Assembly (NCBI RefSeq): GCF_964204865.1
Contig: NC_135253.1
Span: 10,106,001-10,170,000, forward strand
DNA length: 64,000 nt
Direction of reading: 5' to 3'
DNA from: Styela clava
Lineage: Eukaryota
Within the stretch, counting starts at the first letter, position 1. Each line of letters begins with the position of its first letter. Of this stretch, positions 53,960 through 64,000 are shown one piece after another. The position numbers were made by a program, and so were the translations under genes. Below the pieces are notes generated by a model. That model ran no database searches. It was not told the origin of the DNA and was given only the letters and a program-made list of their open reading frames with translations.

Positions 53960-55801
53960 ATGGCTCCTATATGTAATAAGTTTAAACCTAAGCATATGAA
54001 ATATGAGATTTTATGTGCAATAAAATCATGTCAATTGCGAGGATTACTTCAAACTGTCAAGTGGCTTGCCGAGTTGTCAGTATCTTTAAAATGTGATCCT
54101 GAAACACCTCAAAGAGGTGATGGCTGTGGGAAATTTGTTATTGGTTTTGATGTAGATGCTGATGGACAACATACTAATCAAAAACCATCTGATAATTTCA
54201 CTCTGGCGAAGTCCTATTTTGATCTTGGTGAATATGATAGATGTGCACATTTTCTTTCCCAAGATACAAGTAAGTTAGGATACTTCTTGCATGTGTATTC
54301 ACGTTATCTGTCTGCTCTAAAGACCAAACAAGTGAGCCAGATTGACAATCACAATATAGCAGAAAGATCTTTGTCGAAAAATGAAGACTTACGAACACTT
54401 CGTGTCGAACTTTGTAAAAAACACAAAAATAAGGAACTAGATTCTTTTGCTCTGTATTTGTATGGCATTGTGTTAAAGAAAACATCAGATGGAGCTGCAC
54501 AACAAAATGAAGCAGTTAACATACTATGTCAATCGGTGCGTGAATATCCAATGAACTGGAGTGCTTGGTATGAATTATCAACTGTTGTTGCTGATCAAGC
54601 AATGTTGGCAACTCTCCATCTTCCAAAACACTGGATGAGGGATTTTTTTCTGGCACTCACTAATGTTGATCTTATAAATACTGATGATGCTATCCCAATT
54701 TATAATGAACTGAAATTAGCAGGATTTGCTGAAAGTACACACATTAAAACACAAGAAGCAATGGCTCATCATAATAAAAGAGAATTTGACGAAGCAATCA
54801 CAATTTTGGAAGACATCAGAAAAGATGATCCATTCAGAATTGAGCATATGGATATATTATCTAACATGTACTATGTCAAAGGCCGTCGAGCAGAATTAGC
54901 TCATTTGGCACATCATTGCACTCAAGTTGACAAATATAGAGTAGAAACATGTTGCATTATTGGAAATTATTATAGCATAAGGTCTAACCATAACAAGTCT
55001 GTTATGTATTTTCAAAGGGCTCTCAAACTTGACCCTCATTATCTTGGTGCATGGACGCTAATGGGCCATGAATATACAGAGGTGAAAAATACATCTGCAG
55101 CAATACAAGCTTATAGAAATGCTGTGGATTTGAATAGAAGAGATTATAGAGCTTGGTATGGTCTTGGCCAAACATACGAGTTACTCAAAATGCCTTCTTA
55201 TTCTTTATATTATTATAAACAAGCTCATAGACTACGGCCATTTGATTCAAGAATGCTCATGGCTTTGGGTGACACTTATGAAGCACTGCAAAGACCTGAA
55301 GAAGCAAAGATGTGTTTCAGGAAAACAGTTGCGGTAGGAGATATTGAAGGAATGGCCCATGTTAGACTTGCCAAGTTGTACAAGACAGAAGACAAAAAAG
55401 ATTGGGCTGCACATTATTATGATCGTTTTGTGCAACAGCTTGAAGAACATGGCATTGTTGAAGGTACATCTGCCCATACAGAAGCCTATTTATATCTTGC
55501 GAATTATCATTTAAAAACATCTAAAAATCTTGATGCTGCTACTCATTATGCTCACAAATGCCGTGAATACCCTGAGGTTCGAGAAGATGGCATGGCAGTT
55601 CTGCGTCAGGTATCTCAAATACGTGCTTGCGCAGGCTCAAGGAAAGAAGAAAGGCTTCCTGTCAATTTTACACAACCTACCCCAAGTCACTTGCAAGATA
55701 GTGTTGGCATGGACACAGATTCTCCCAGTGCCAATTTTGCTCCAATGAAACTAACATTTTCACCGGGTCAGGCAGATTCTGACACAAGCAATTTGATGTA
55801 A
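53960..55801 (+). CDS. CDC23: Cell division cycle protein 23 (APC/C subunit APC8), intronless CDS, 613 aa
   Basis: N-terminal RGLLQTVKWLAEL and LAKSYFDLGEYDRCAHFL. TPR region DKYRVETCCIIGNYYS...AWTLMGHEY.E.KNTSAAIQAYR...RDYRAWYGLGQTYE. Confidence 0.97.
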   Translation: MAPICNKFKPKHMKYEILCAIKSCQLRGLLQTVKWLAELSVSLKCDPETPQRGDGCGKFVIGFDVDADGQHTNQKPSDNFTLAKSYFDLGEYDRCAHFLSQDTSKLGYFLHVYSRYLSALKTKQVSQIDNHNIAERSLSKNEDLRTLRVELCKKHKNKELDSFALYLYGIVLKKTSDGAAQQNEAVNILCQSVREYPMNWSAWYELSTVVADQAMLATLHLPKHWMRDFFLALTNVDLINTDDAIPIYNELKLAGFAESTHIKTQEAMAHHNKREFDEAITILEDIRKDDPFRIEHMDILSNMYYVKGRRAELAHLAHHCTQVDKYRVETCCIIGNYYSIRSNHNKSVMYFQRALKLDPHYLGAWTLMGHEYTEVKNTSAAIQAYRNAVDLNRRDYRAWYGLGQTYELLKMPSYSLYYYKQAHRLRPFDSRMLMALGDTYEALQRPEEAKMCFRKTVAVGDIEGMAHVRLAKLYKTEDKKDWAAHYYDRFVQQLEEHGIVEGTSAHTEAYLYLANYHLKTSKNLDAATHYAHKCREYPEVREDGMAVLRQVSQIRACAGSRKEERLPVNFTQPTPSHLQDSVGMDTDSPSANFAPMKLTFSPGQADSDTSNLM

Positions 55802-55838
55802 TAAACCAATTATTGAACAAAGAGTCCAGCAATCTTTT

Positions 55839-55964
55839 CTTGCACACAATGATGTGAATGTATTTTGTATTTGATATAAAAATCAAGTTTGAGCATTTGG
55901 TAATTCTCTCTTGCACACAATGTGACTGTATTTTGTATTTGATATAAAAATTAAGTTTGTGCAA
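55839..55964. repeat. ~70-bp tandem duplication in the CDC23 3' region
   Basis: cttgcacacaatg...tgtattttgtatttgatataaaaat.aagtttg.gca occurs twice. Confidence 0.8.
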
Positions 55965-56269
55965 TTAGCATATTATGAGCAACCCTGTGAAAGCAGAAAG
56001 TGGGACATGACCAACACATTATTCTGAACTCATTGAACTGTCTGTCCTATTTTTTTCTCAGTTAGCAATTTCAAAACTGCATATAGTGATGTCTCTTGCT
56101 TTGCTACCTCAGGACTGGCGAAAATCTTGTGATTAGCAATTTTCAACTTTGGAAAAATCATTCTATTATTAAACAGGCTTATATATGAAATGATAGCACA
56201 TGATTTTATGTAAAATTTGGATTGCAAATTGATTTGAAATGAAAAACGACACAGTGAATAAAATGAAAT

Positions 56270-58906
56270 TCAGTTAGATTGTAAGCTGCACTTACATACA
56301 CAACCAGACAAAGGGCATTCAACATGATCTTTGAACCATGTTGTGAGGTGACTGGTGTGGCCGCCATGCTGACACTGAGGACACCAAGTAAACCAGCTGT
56401 CCAGATCAGCATCATGACATTGAATATTATCAGATGCCTCATAAGAGTCTGTTGGTGAAGTACCAAGATACATGCAGCAAACCGAACATCGAAGAAGTGG
56501 CTTTCTGCAGTTGGGGCAACTTGTGACTTTATTTGTCATACCATGGCTTTGTAATGCACCAGCACCACGCCCTCTGATATTTTGCATGCGGGCGCTGTGC
56601 TTAACGCTTTTACCACAATAATTACATTGAACAAACACAGATTGTAGCGACTGTTTTGTTCGAAGGCCGATATTCATTTTTCCTGTGGCATTATCAACAA
56701 TTGCCCGCTCTTTCCAGAGCATCCATGAGTTCAGTAAATCTCTGTATCCATCTATTATATGACAAGCATTTTTGTTTTTAAGAATATCATTAGATCCTGT
56801 TTGGATTAAGGAGAGAGCTGCAGTTTGAACATCCTTTGTCATATCAACATAATTTTGCAAAAGCTCTATGCCTTTCTCTGAAGAGAGGCCAGTGACAACC
56901 ACACCTCCCAGGTCTCCAAACTCAACGGCATTTTCAGATAATGTGTCTAAAACCTCAAGCAGGACATCATCTGGTAAGAAAATGCAGGCAAATCCGACTC
57001 TATCTAAATATGACAGATCTTTACCTTTTATTATATCTTTGTAAGTGCCGTTTCCTTGTCCACTGAGAAATGCAAATGCTGCACGAAGGTAGGGGCTGGT
57101 CACTGACTTCTGTAAATTATTGCACATTTCTTTCCAAAATAGTGAAGCAGTGTGTCCAGTATATCCACTTAGCGCCATTGCAATAATGGAATATTCTTCT
57201 CTATCTCGGTCTGACATCGCATTGTTCGATGTATGTCGCTGGAGTATCTCAATAGCCAAGCCCATGTCAAGATGCCATAATGCAACAGTAGTAGCTCTTT
57301 TTACATCAATACATGCAAATAGTTGATTTCTGAAACCAGTATCATTTTCATCCAGCTTAAAAAAATGAGGTGACCAACCACACATTTTCAAAGCTTTTGT
57401 TCTTTGGGGACTGCTATAAATAGTACGGTCAACATTTGAAATCCCTCGCCAAGATACCAACTGGGCAGTGCTTGGTGCTTGATTGGTTAGTTCAGAAACC
57501 AACCCAGAAAATTTATTGTTTGAAGATGTGTTAGGATGCCAAGATTTCAGAGTTCTTGAATTCATTGAAGTTCTACTATCCTGAATACCATCTGCGTTGG
57601 GAGATTCTTTTACCTTTTTAATCCATTTCCAAAAAGCTACCAATGCATCATTATGTGGTTCCAGGTTTATTTTTGTGTCATGATTATCAACATCATGTAA
57701 GCCATAGCCATTTGTCGCACGCTCATACATAATGTGCTCAATTCCAGAATTAGACGATATCGCCTTTTCAGCAGCTGGATTTTTGAAGCTTAAGCACTGG
57801 TAGTGTTCCCTACATGCCGACATTAAAATCGAATTCTTTGTCCAACCGTGTGAAATTCTTTCAGGAACATTAACACAATGTAATGTTCCTGTGTTAGTGA
57901 CTGCTATTAATTTATTCTTTTGATCAACCATCCATGCAAAGGTGCGTACTGTTTCATCCCTGGCTAGGTTAGGCTTTACAATTTGTTCCACATGGCGATA
58001 AGCTATGTCTTGATCACTATCTGTCACCATGGTGTGCGACAGATCATACACTCTGATAATCTGACCATCACTTAGGCTACCAGAAACAGTAGCTAGCAAG
58101 CCTTTTCTCGTAGGACACCATTCAGCTTTCAGTATATTAAATTTAGCAGATACAACTGCAGCTGGCTTTGAGAAGTTTCTGTAGTCCCAAGTATACAATT
58201 GGTTTTCAAAATAAGATGCAAATTGGGTATCTAAACATGGATCTTGGCATAAACCAAACACAGCTCGTGTGGTAACAGCACTTGTTGGCGAGCGAATGTT
58301 TCTCAAATCATACATGCGTAATGATTTGTTGCTTACCCCAGCTATTACAGTTTTTGAGTCGTTTTTACTCCACAATGTTGAATTCACTGCTTCAGCATAG
58401 CAGGTCTCATATTGTGGTCTATGTGCTTGTTTACCGTTTTTTGCATCATCAACATCACTTCCATGGCCTGAACTAAGATCCCATATCAGAAGAGAATTTT
58501 CTGATCTACTCCTGTCCATTCCCATTGCTAACAGTGATGGCTGACCATGATTCCAAGCCAGGGCTGTACATGGCTTTGATCCTTGATAAATAAGTCCATT
58601 ATTCAAATTTATTGAGTGATTTTGCTCCAAGTCAGGCCAAAGCAATATCACTTTTCCATTGTTCAGGCCAAGGGCCACAGAGTTTGCAGTTGATGTACCA
58701 AAAGACGAACACCATGTCATGCAACTAACGTTATCAAAGTCTACATGCTGAGGCAACTTTGGCAGTGATGCTGATGTTGAGGTGAAATCATCCTTTGAGA
58801 GTACTCCGACTTTCGGCTTTTGATGTGTTAAATTCAAAAATTTAATGCTGTCATTAATATCAATCACCAGCAAGTCAGAGTTGTTGGGATTAGCCAAAAT
58901 GTTCAT
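56270..58906 (-). CDS. MIOS: GATOR2 complex subunit MIOS (WD40 + solenoid + C-terminal Zn/RING), 878-aa single-exon ORF; possibly an extra 11-nt first exon at 59015-59005
   Basis: WD40 N-terminus, DRVGFACIFLPD, LLQNYVDMTKDVQTA, and a C-terminal CNYC...SCPNCRKPLLRCSVC...WFTWCPQCQHGGH...WFKDHVECPLSGCVCKC. Confidence 0.95.
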   Translation of the reverse strand: MNILANPNNSDLLVIDINDSIKFLNLTHQKPKVGVLSKDDFTSTSASLPKLPQHVDFDNVSCMTWCSSFGTSTANSVALGLNNGKVILLWPDLEQNHSINLNNGLIYQGSKPCTALAWNHGQPSLLAMGMDRSRSENSLLIWDLSSGHGSDVDDAKNGKQAHRPQYETCYAEAVNSTLWSKNDSKTVIAGVSNKSLRMYDLRNIRSPTSAVTTRAVFGLCQDPCLDTQFASYFENQLYTWDYRNFSKPAAVVSAKFNILKAEWCPTRKGLLATVSGSLSDGQIIRVYDLSHTMVTDSDQDIAYRHVEQIVKPNLARDETVRTFAWMVDQKNKLIAVTNTGTLHCVNVPERISHGWTKNSILMSACREHYQCLSFKNPAAEKAISSNSGIEHIMYERATNGYGLHDVDNHDTKINLEPHNDALVAFWKWIKKVKESPNADGIQDSRTSMNSRTLKSWHPNTSSNNKFSGLVSELTNQAPSTAQLVSWRGISNVDRTIYSSPQRTKALKMCGWSPHFFKLDENDTGFRNQLFACIDVKRATTVALWHLDMGLAIEILQRHTSNNAMSDRDREEYSIIAMALSGYTGHTASLFWKEMCNNLQKSVTSPYLRAAFAFLSGQGNGTYKDIIKGKDLSYLDRVGFACIFLPDDVLLEVLDTLSENAVEFGDLGGVVVTGLSSEKGIELLQNYVDMTKDVQTAALSLIQTGSNDILKNKNACHIIDGYRDLLNSWMLWKERAIVDNATGKMNIGLRTKQSLQSVFVQCNYCGKSVKHSARMQNIRGRGAGALQSHGMTNKVTSCPNCRKPLLRCSVCCMYLGTSPTDSYEASDNIQCHDADLDSWFTWCPQCQHGGHTSHLTTWFKDHVECPLSGCVCKCSLQSN

Positions 58907-59748
58907 TTGTACACTACTTATTAGTAACCTAGATATGTTGTTAGAATTGCATATAATTACAGATTAAAATAGACAAATAGCGAGAATAATTCCGTAGCCT
59001 TTACCATACTGCCATAAGCTCAAGCCAAAATGAAACAAGTGTGTACACACCATAATAAATCGATTTATCAAAAACCCAAAGGCGCACAGGGCCAAAAATC
59101 CTGTATCTTCTATCTTCACCTTATAAAGCTTGACACTTTATTTTCGTTCTTTTCTTGAAGCAACACGCTATGATGGCTAGCATATTTTTAAAGAGGGCAT
59201 TATGTGGTGCAAATTTCCCTACTTTTTAAGTATATTTCTTGAGGAGTATGATCCTACTTTCACAGCACTCTTATCTAGGATTGCTGTGTTTGAGTATTAT
59301 TCACAAACTCATCGTTCCGTTTCCAATATTCAAAACTTTATGCTGCTTTCAACCATGCATTTTTTGTTTTGTATATTTGTTAAATTTTTAATGAATTTTT
59401 GTAATTCTAAAAACAAACGCTGTGTCTTTCCTATAGCTTTTTACTTTAATTTGTGCTATACACAGCCTAGAATTCCAGACCCGGAATTTGCAGCATTCAA
59501 ATATTCAAAACCAGCTTAATTTCTATGATATGAGCTGTATGGCTAATTCTGGAATTCTCTCAATAAACCATAATAGGATACGAACATGTGGATCGTTGAC
59601 TTTTCGACAATCAAAAATGGAAGAAGTTGTTAGAATTTTATTACATTTAATTGTCCACCTAAATTTTGCTGTTTTTCTTTATTAAATCGCGTTCACTCCT
59701 TTTTCCCTCTTGGTGGGTTGTCACGTACTTTTAACGCTTTTTAACTTT

Positions 59749-59930
59749 ATTGGACACGTAGTGGACATAACGATCGTTTCAATATTATGTTGTTCTTGTT
59801 CTTTGACACGTTTTTAAAAAGTCACTTTTCTCTTCGAATACTGGACCAATTGCTTTGAAATTTTCAGTGGTTAAAGATTAATTTTTTCGCTAGAAGGCTA
59901 TTACTTTTATTTATTTCAAAATTTTGCGTG
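59749..59930 (+). mobile_element. Second copy (5' part) of the repeat at 32570
   Basis: Near-identical attggacacgtagtggacataacgatcgtttcaa and ctggaccaattgctttgaaattttcagtggtt. Confidence 0.75.
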
Positions 59931-60169
59931 AATTCTATGTAATTTGATATTTCGTCTAAAATTTTGCTGTATTATTTTTTATCCATGGGAACACGGATTT
60001 TAGTCAGTGTCATGACTGGCTGTACGTTTTGATTCTGCAAAATTCTTGCTACTGGAAATTCAGAACTTTTTTGAGGGTACCGGTAGCGTCAAGATAATTT
60101 GATTAAGCCTATAACATAGAATAGAGAATATAATAGCCTATATTTAGTGACGAGAAGGAGGCCTGTAAT

Positions 60170-60590
60170 ATGACAGGCGGAGAGGATGACGATGAGGCGA
60201 GTAAAGATGGTGGAAATGAAGAGGACGGAGAAGAGGAATTTATTGAACTAGTAAACTAAATACATTCAATATCAAGTTCCCATATAACCGATGGTTAAGA
60301 AGAGAAGAAATTAAAAAATTGATTTATGGGCAAACAACCACTGGAAGTATATACAGTATATATTTGGTGAGATTAAATCAATCAAAAGAAGCTGTGATGA
60401 AGATGGTGCCGAAAATGGTGTCATAAAATGTAAAATGATTCTAAATAGTGATATTCCTCCTGTGATCAAACTACCTAATAGTTGCACTGGAGAAGAATTT
60501 GGAGTTTACTATATAACAAGGCCGAATAATATTAGAAAATTTAACAGCTGGTGTTATATATGCCACCAATGACATTAAACAACATGATAG
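60170..60590 (+). mobile_element. Decayed LINE (L1/Tx1-like) ORF1 fragment
   Basis: Broken frames give REEIKKLI...FGEIKSIKRSCDEDGAENGVIKCKMILNSDIPPVIKL...FGVYY...CYICHQ*H, which resembles an ORF1 RRM-like region followed by a CCHC knuckle. Confidence 0.45.
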
Positions 60591-61857
60591 GCAACTCTGA
60601 CGTCACTCCATAAGACTACAGGCGAAACATTGTATTTCATGATACGCTCCAATGCACATATTTCTCGTCGCCTTTCGCGTCCGTTTTCCGCTCGCTTTTG
60701 CTACTCGGCTGCTACTCTTTTTTACGTGTAGTACCTGCTTTTTGCGCCTGTAACGAAACAAAATAATCTCTATATCTAAGAAGTTTTGCTTACTTGGAAA
60801 GCTGGAATAACAGGCAAGCTGTAAAGAGCAATTCTGGACATCATAGACGTTTTTTTTATCAGAGAAGATTACAAACGCGATAGCGGAAAGATTTGTGTGG
60901 AACATTTTGCAGATAATGACAAAGTTCAAAGTTAGTAATTTTAATGTTTGCGCTTAATCATTGAAATTTCATTTAAGGAGGGTGTCATACAAAACTGTGC
61001 TGCGATACTATTCCATAACACAAAGTTTGCACCTATCGAACTTGCTTTTGTAGGTGAATTTATTAGACATATTACATATTCAGTTAATCGTAGGTAACAT
61101 TGCTGGTACATAATGCATCATAGAGGTTTGTTTAAATTTAGGAATTTAGCTCATAGCCCACTAATTAATATTATCTTCTATGCAGGAGGTTGCAGGGCTG
61201 AATTCAACTTGCAGCCTTACCGATCTCCTGACGATGCTCATTTAGTTTGGCTCGAGCAAGTCTCCTTGAAATGCTTGTGTGGATGGAAACTACCTATATT
61301 TTTTGCCTTCCTCCGATTTTAGACAAATTTATTCTGAGGGATTTCGCATATAATTCTCACTGATTGTTGGCTGTTTATAATTCCTATTGATTGTGAAGTC
61401 TGATTATAACAATGAGTTGAAAATTTTTTTACCTAATTTACTGGCACCTTTTTCTTGTCAATACTCCAAGCTGAGGTAATAAACATGACAATACATTTAT
61501 GTCATCTGGAAGCAAAATATGCACACTAATTAATAGTTTGGCACATTGAGATAATACATCATGACAGAAAATACAAGTTAAAGATATGTATGACCATCAC
61601 ATGGTAATTAAAATTAAAAAAAATTAATAGGGGCTGTGGAGTATGGAAAGTTCAAGACAAAGTGAAAGACAAATGTTCATAGCTCATGAACTCTCAATTT
61701 TGCCTCCATTGCTTTGTGAAGGCCAATATATTTCGAGTGGCTGAATTGGTTTACCTTTATGATAGCAACGATTTTGTATTTAATATAGCGAGATTATTTC
61801 AATTTAATTGAAGTGATATAATCTCCCAAAGCAATGCTTGAATCGTCTAGAATAGAT

Positions 61858-63282
61858 CAGTGGTGTCAAACTCATGGGTTTTCGAGAGCCGCATTGCATT
61901 TTGAAAATTGTAAAAAGAGCCGCAAACAGTTTTTGATAATGTATACTTAAAAGATATTTTTAAGATAGTTTTAGTTTGTGACATATATTGTGATGCAACT
62001 AAACAGTTGGATTAAGTTTTATTATTTTCTTTAATTTCAAATGCAATTACATATTAATATTTGCATTCCACTATTATTGCAACATTTGCAAGTTACAGTA
62101 TTTATTATAAAAAATCGTAAAATTCTATGTACAACCATCAAAATCATTTTTGAACAAGCTTTGAATAAGGAAAGAATAATACATACACTAAAAATAACTT
62201 AATCTAAATATATGAACCTAAAATTAACAAAAATACTACAGTATAAACTCAATGTTTTAATAATTACATTTGTCCTGGCGTTTGGCATTTTTTTTGTGTC
62301 ACCAGCATACTAAGGCCAGTCTGAAATGATTTTATAGTACCAACTCTAACTAACGAGGCCACATGATCATGGGTTTATCTGGATCTTTACGAATGTTTAA
62401 TTAATTCCAGTAATGCAAAAAAGTTACTTTTATCATTTCATGTATAGATCAGTAAAAAAACAAATGACAGATTTTTTCGACAAGACATTTCGCACTACAT
62501 TGCGTGGCATAGGATTGCTTGAATTATTATTGATATTGATTTTTAGTAACTAAGTCGTTGTATAATTATATTAATATACAAACACATGGAAATTTTCTGT
62601 TCGAAGTTGGTCTTCGAATTTGTCATATTGACTGCTGAGCTTATTGTGTTTTTTGATTGTATTGATGGAAATATGACAAATTAAACAATGTGCTTCAGAA
62701 TTTTGTGAAGAGCAGAAATGTTACAACTCCCATTTTCTTCGAAAATGCCACCTTCTTCATGTACTTTGCGTTTAATTTAATTACTCAAGTGTTTTATTCA
62801 AGTATTCTTTTGCTAGCTTGATGTGTATTCTTAATTGGGTCAAAATGTGGACAAAAAAAATCAATATTCCAAAACTACTTTCAGTAAATTGTTTTCTGTG
62901 TGAATAATCAATTTCACTTTAGAAGGTTTGAAAAATCTATTACATTTAGATAAAAAAAAAAAACTTCCAAAATACTATTAGGTTGTTCAAAAAATATATG
63001 ATAGTATTTTATCATGAATGATGATTATACCCCTTCCGGAATTTCTTCTATAGTACTACCAAAAGTTGATGAACCAAATATAACACAGGTGCAGTGAGGT
63101 ACCCGTAATCCTCATTTCCAAAGCTGTTTTAAGTATGTCTGGCGTGTTTTGTGCCTTTTTACAAATAAGACCGCTCAAGCAATCTTACGCTTTGGAATTT
63201 TTAGTTATTTTCCTCAAGCCCTGCAGGATGTGGGGGCCATACACAACTCTACCGGAGGGTCAAATGTCTTTGCATGCCTCCA
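61858..63282 (-). mobile_element. Internally deleted hAT-Charlie/SPIN (GTF2IRD2-like) element
   Basis: TIR cagtggtgtcaaact at 61858. Minus-strand remnants of the N-terminus (KRKVHEEGGIF...HCLICHISINTIKKHN, ~62775-62650) and C-terminus (RSR..HDHVASLVRV...TQKKCQ, ~62400-62270). The far terminus is degenerate. Confidence 0.7.
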
Positions 63283-64000
63283 TAGGTTGTTTTTCTATTG
63301 CAAATTTCTATTTTCAATTGCATTATATTTCTTGGAATCACACTGTCACTGATATGTCGCCAGACTTCTGATATCTCCCCGTCTGCTATAGTTGTCCTGC
63401 GGATAAATAATAAGAAATTGAGATTAGACGAATAGTTGAAAGTTTTGCTTTTTGTCGGCTTAATTTCTTGATTGATATACTTACTATTTCTGCTATTGCC
63501 TCTTGTGCTGCAAGAGTCTCACAATGCTTAGACAGGTTTGTCCACAACTTTCACATCTGAAGAAAGAGAGGAGATTTATTAATTTTCGTTAAGAATAAAT
63601 AAAGCAGTCTATATGATTCAGAATGGAAAAGCTAATAAATCCAATATCTCATGTTTTATTTAAAAAATATTTTACTGAATTTGGTATATAAACCAACTAA
63701 TAAAAGGGTTTAGTCAGAAAATTACAAGCATTCGTGGCTCCAAATACTTGAGAAATCAGACTATACAATATAGACCGGTATGAGTGAAATGTTAGGTGAA
63801 CTTGTTAACACTTTGATTCAATACGCAAATTAAAGTGAATGCGTAATAGTATGTTACAATGAGCAGCAATCAACAATGAGTATATATCCTCACTGATTAA
63901 AAAAATCTAACTGGAGGTGCATGAACTATTTGAAACCATAACGGGTAAGTAAATATGTAATTTCGGCAAATGGGCAACTACGTACCGTACTGAATTAATA

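Noticed and set aside
3191-58906. Functional amino-acid-sensing cluster (SLC38-like genes plus GATOR2 MIOS)
   Set aside because: The transporters show no SLC38A9-specific features that I can recognise and lie over 35 kb from MIOS with unrelated genes between, so the proximity is probably coincidence.
1-64000. tRNA, rRNA or other structured ncRNA genes
   Set aside because: None was recognisable by eye. A tRNAscan-SE or Infernal run would be needed to exclude them.

Overview
AT-rich animal genomic DNA with short GT-AG introns. It looks like an invertebrate chordate such as an ascidian, but the organism is my inference and is not proven. Most real genes are spliced, so the ORF track misses them; I assembled the exon chains by hand and checked intron phases. 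From left to right: (1) hAT and Helentron-type TE debris; (2) two divergent SLC38/Aa_trans-like amino-acid transporter paralogues on the minus strand, one assembling intact (18 exons, ~566 aa) and one decayed at its 5' end; (3) a secreted lipocalin cluster of two full + strand genes, a duplicated 3' half-gene and one full - strand gene; (4) an intronless SLC25A20-like carrier broken by an apparent 4-bp TTAA duplication; (5) a ~12-kb Zisupton/KDZ-type DNA transposon, the most notable system here; (6) CDC23 and MIOS, convergent and with essentially intronless coding regions; (7) LINE and hAT remnants. The transposon gene has about 26 exons and encodes C2H2 fingers, a partial SWIM, a Cys cluster, a KDZ DDE transposase with a SAP insert, a Ulp1/C48 SUMO protease and a terminal PHD finger. 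It is flanked by GC-rich subterminal motif arrays and degenerate inverted arms, and this copy carries a few lesions. Family assignments come from recognising motifs, not from database searches.
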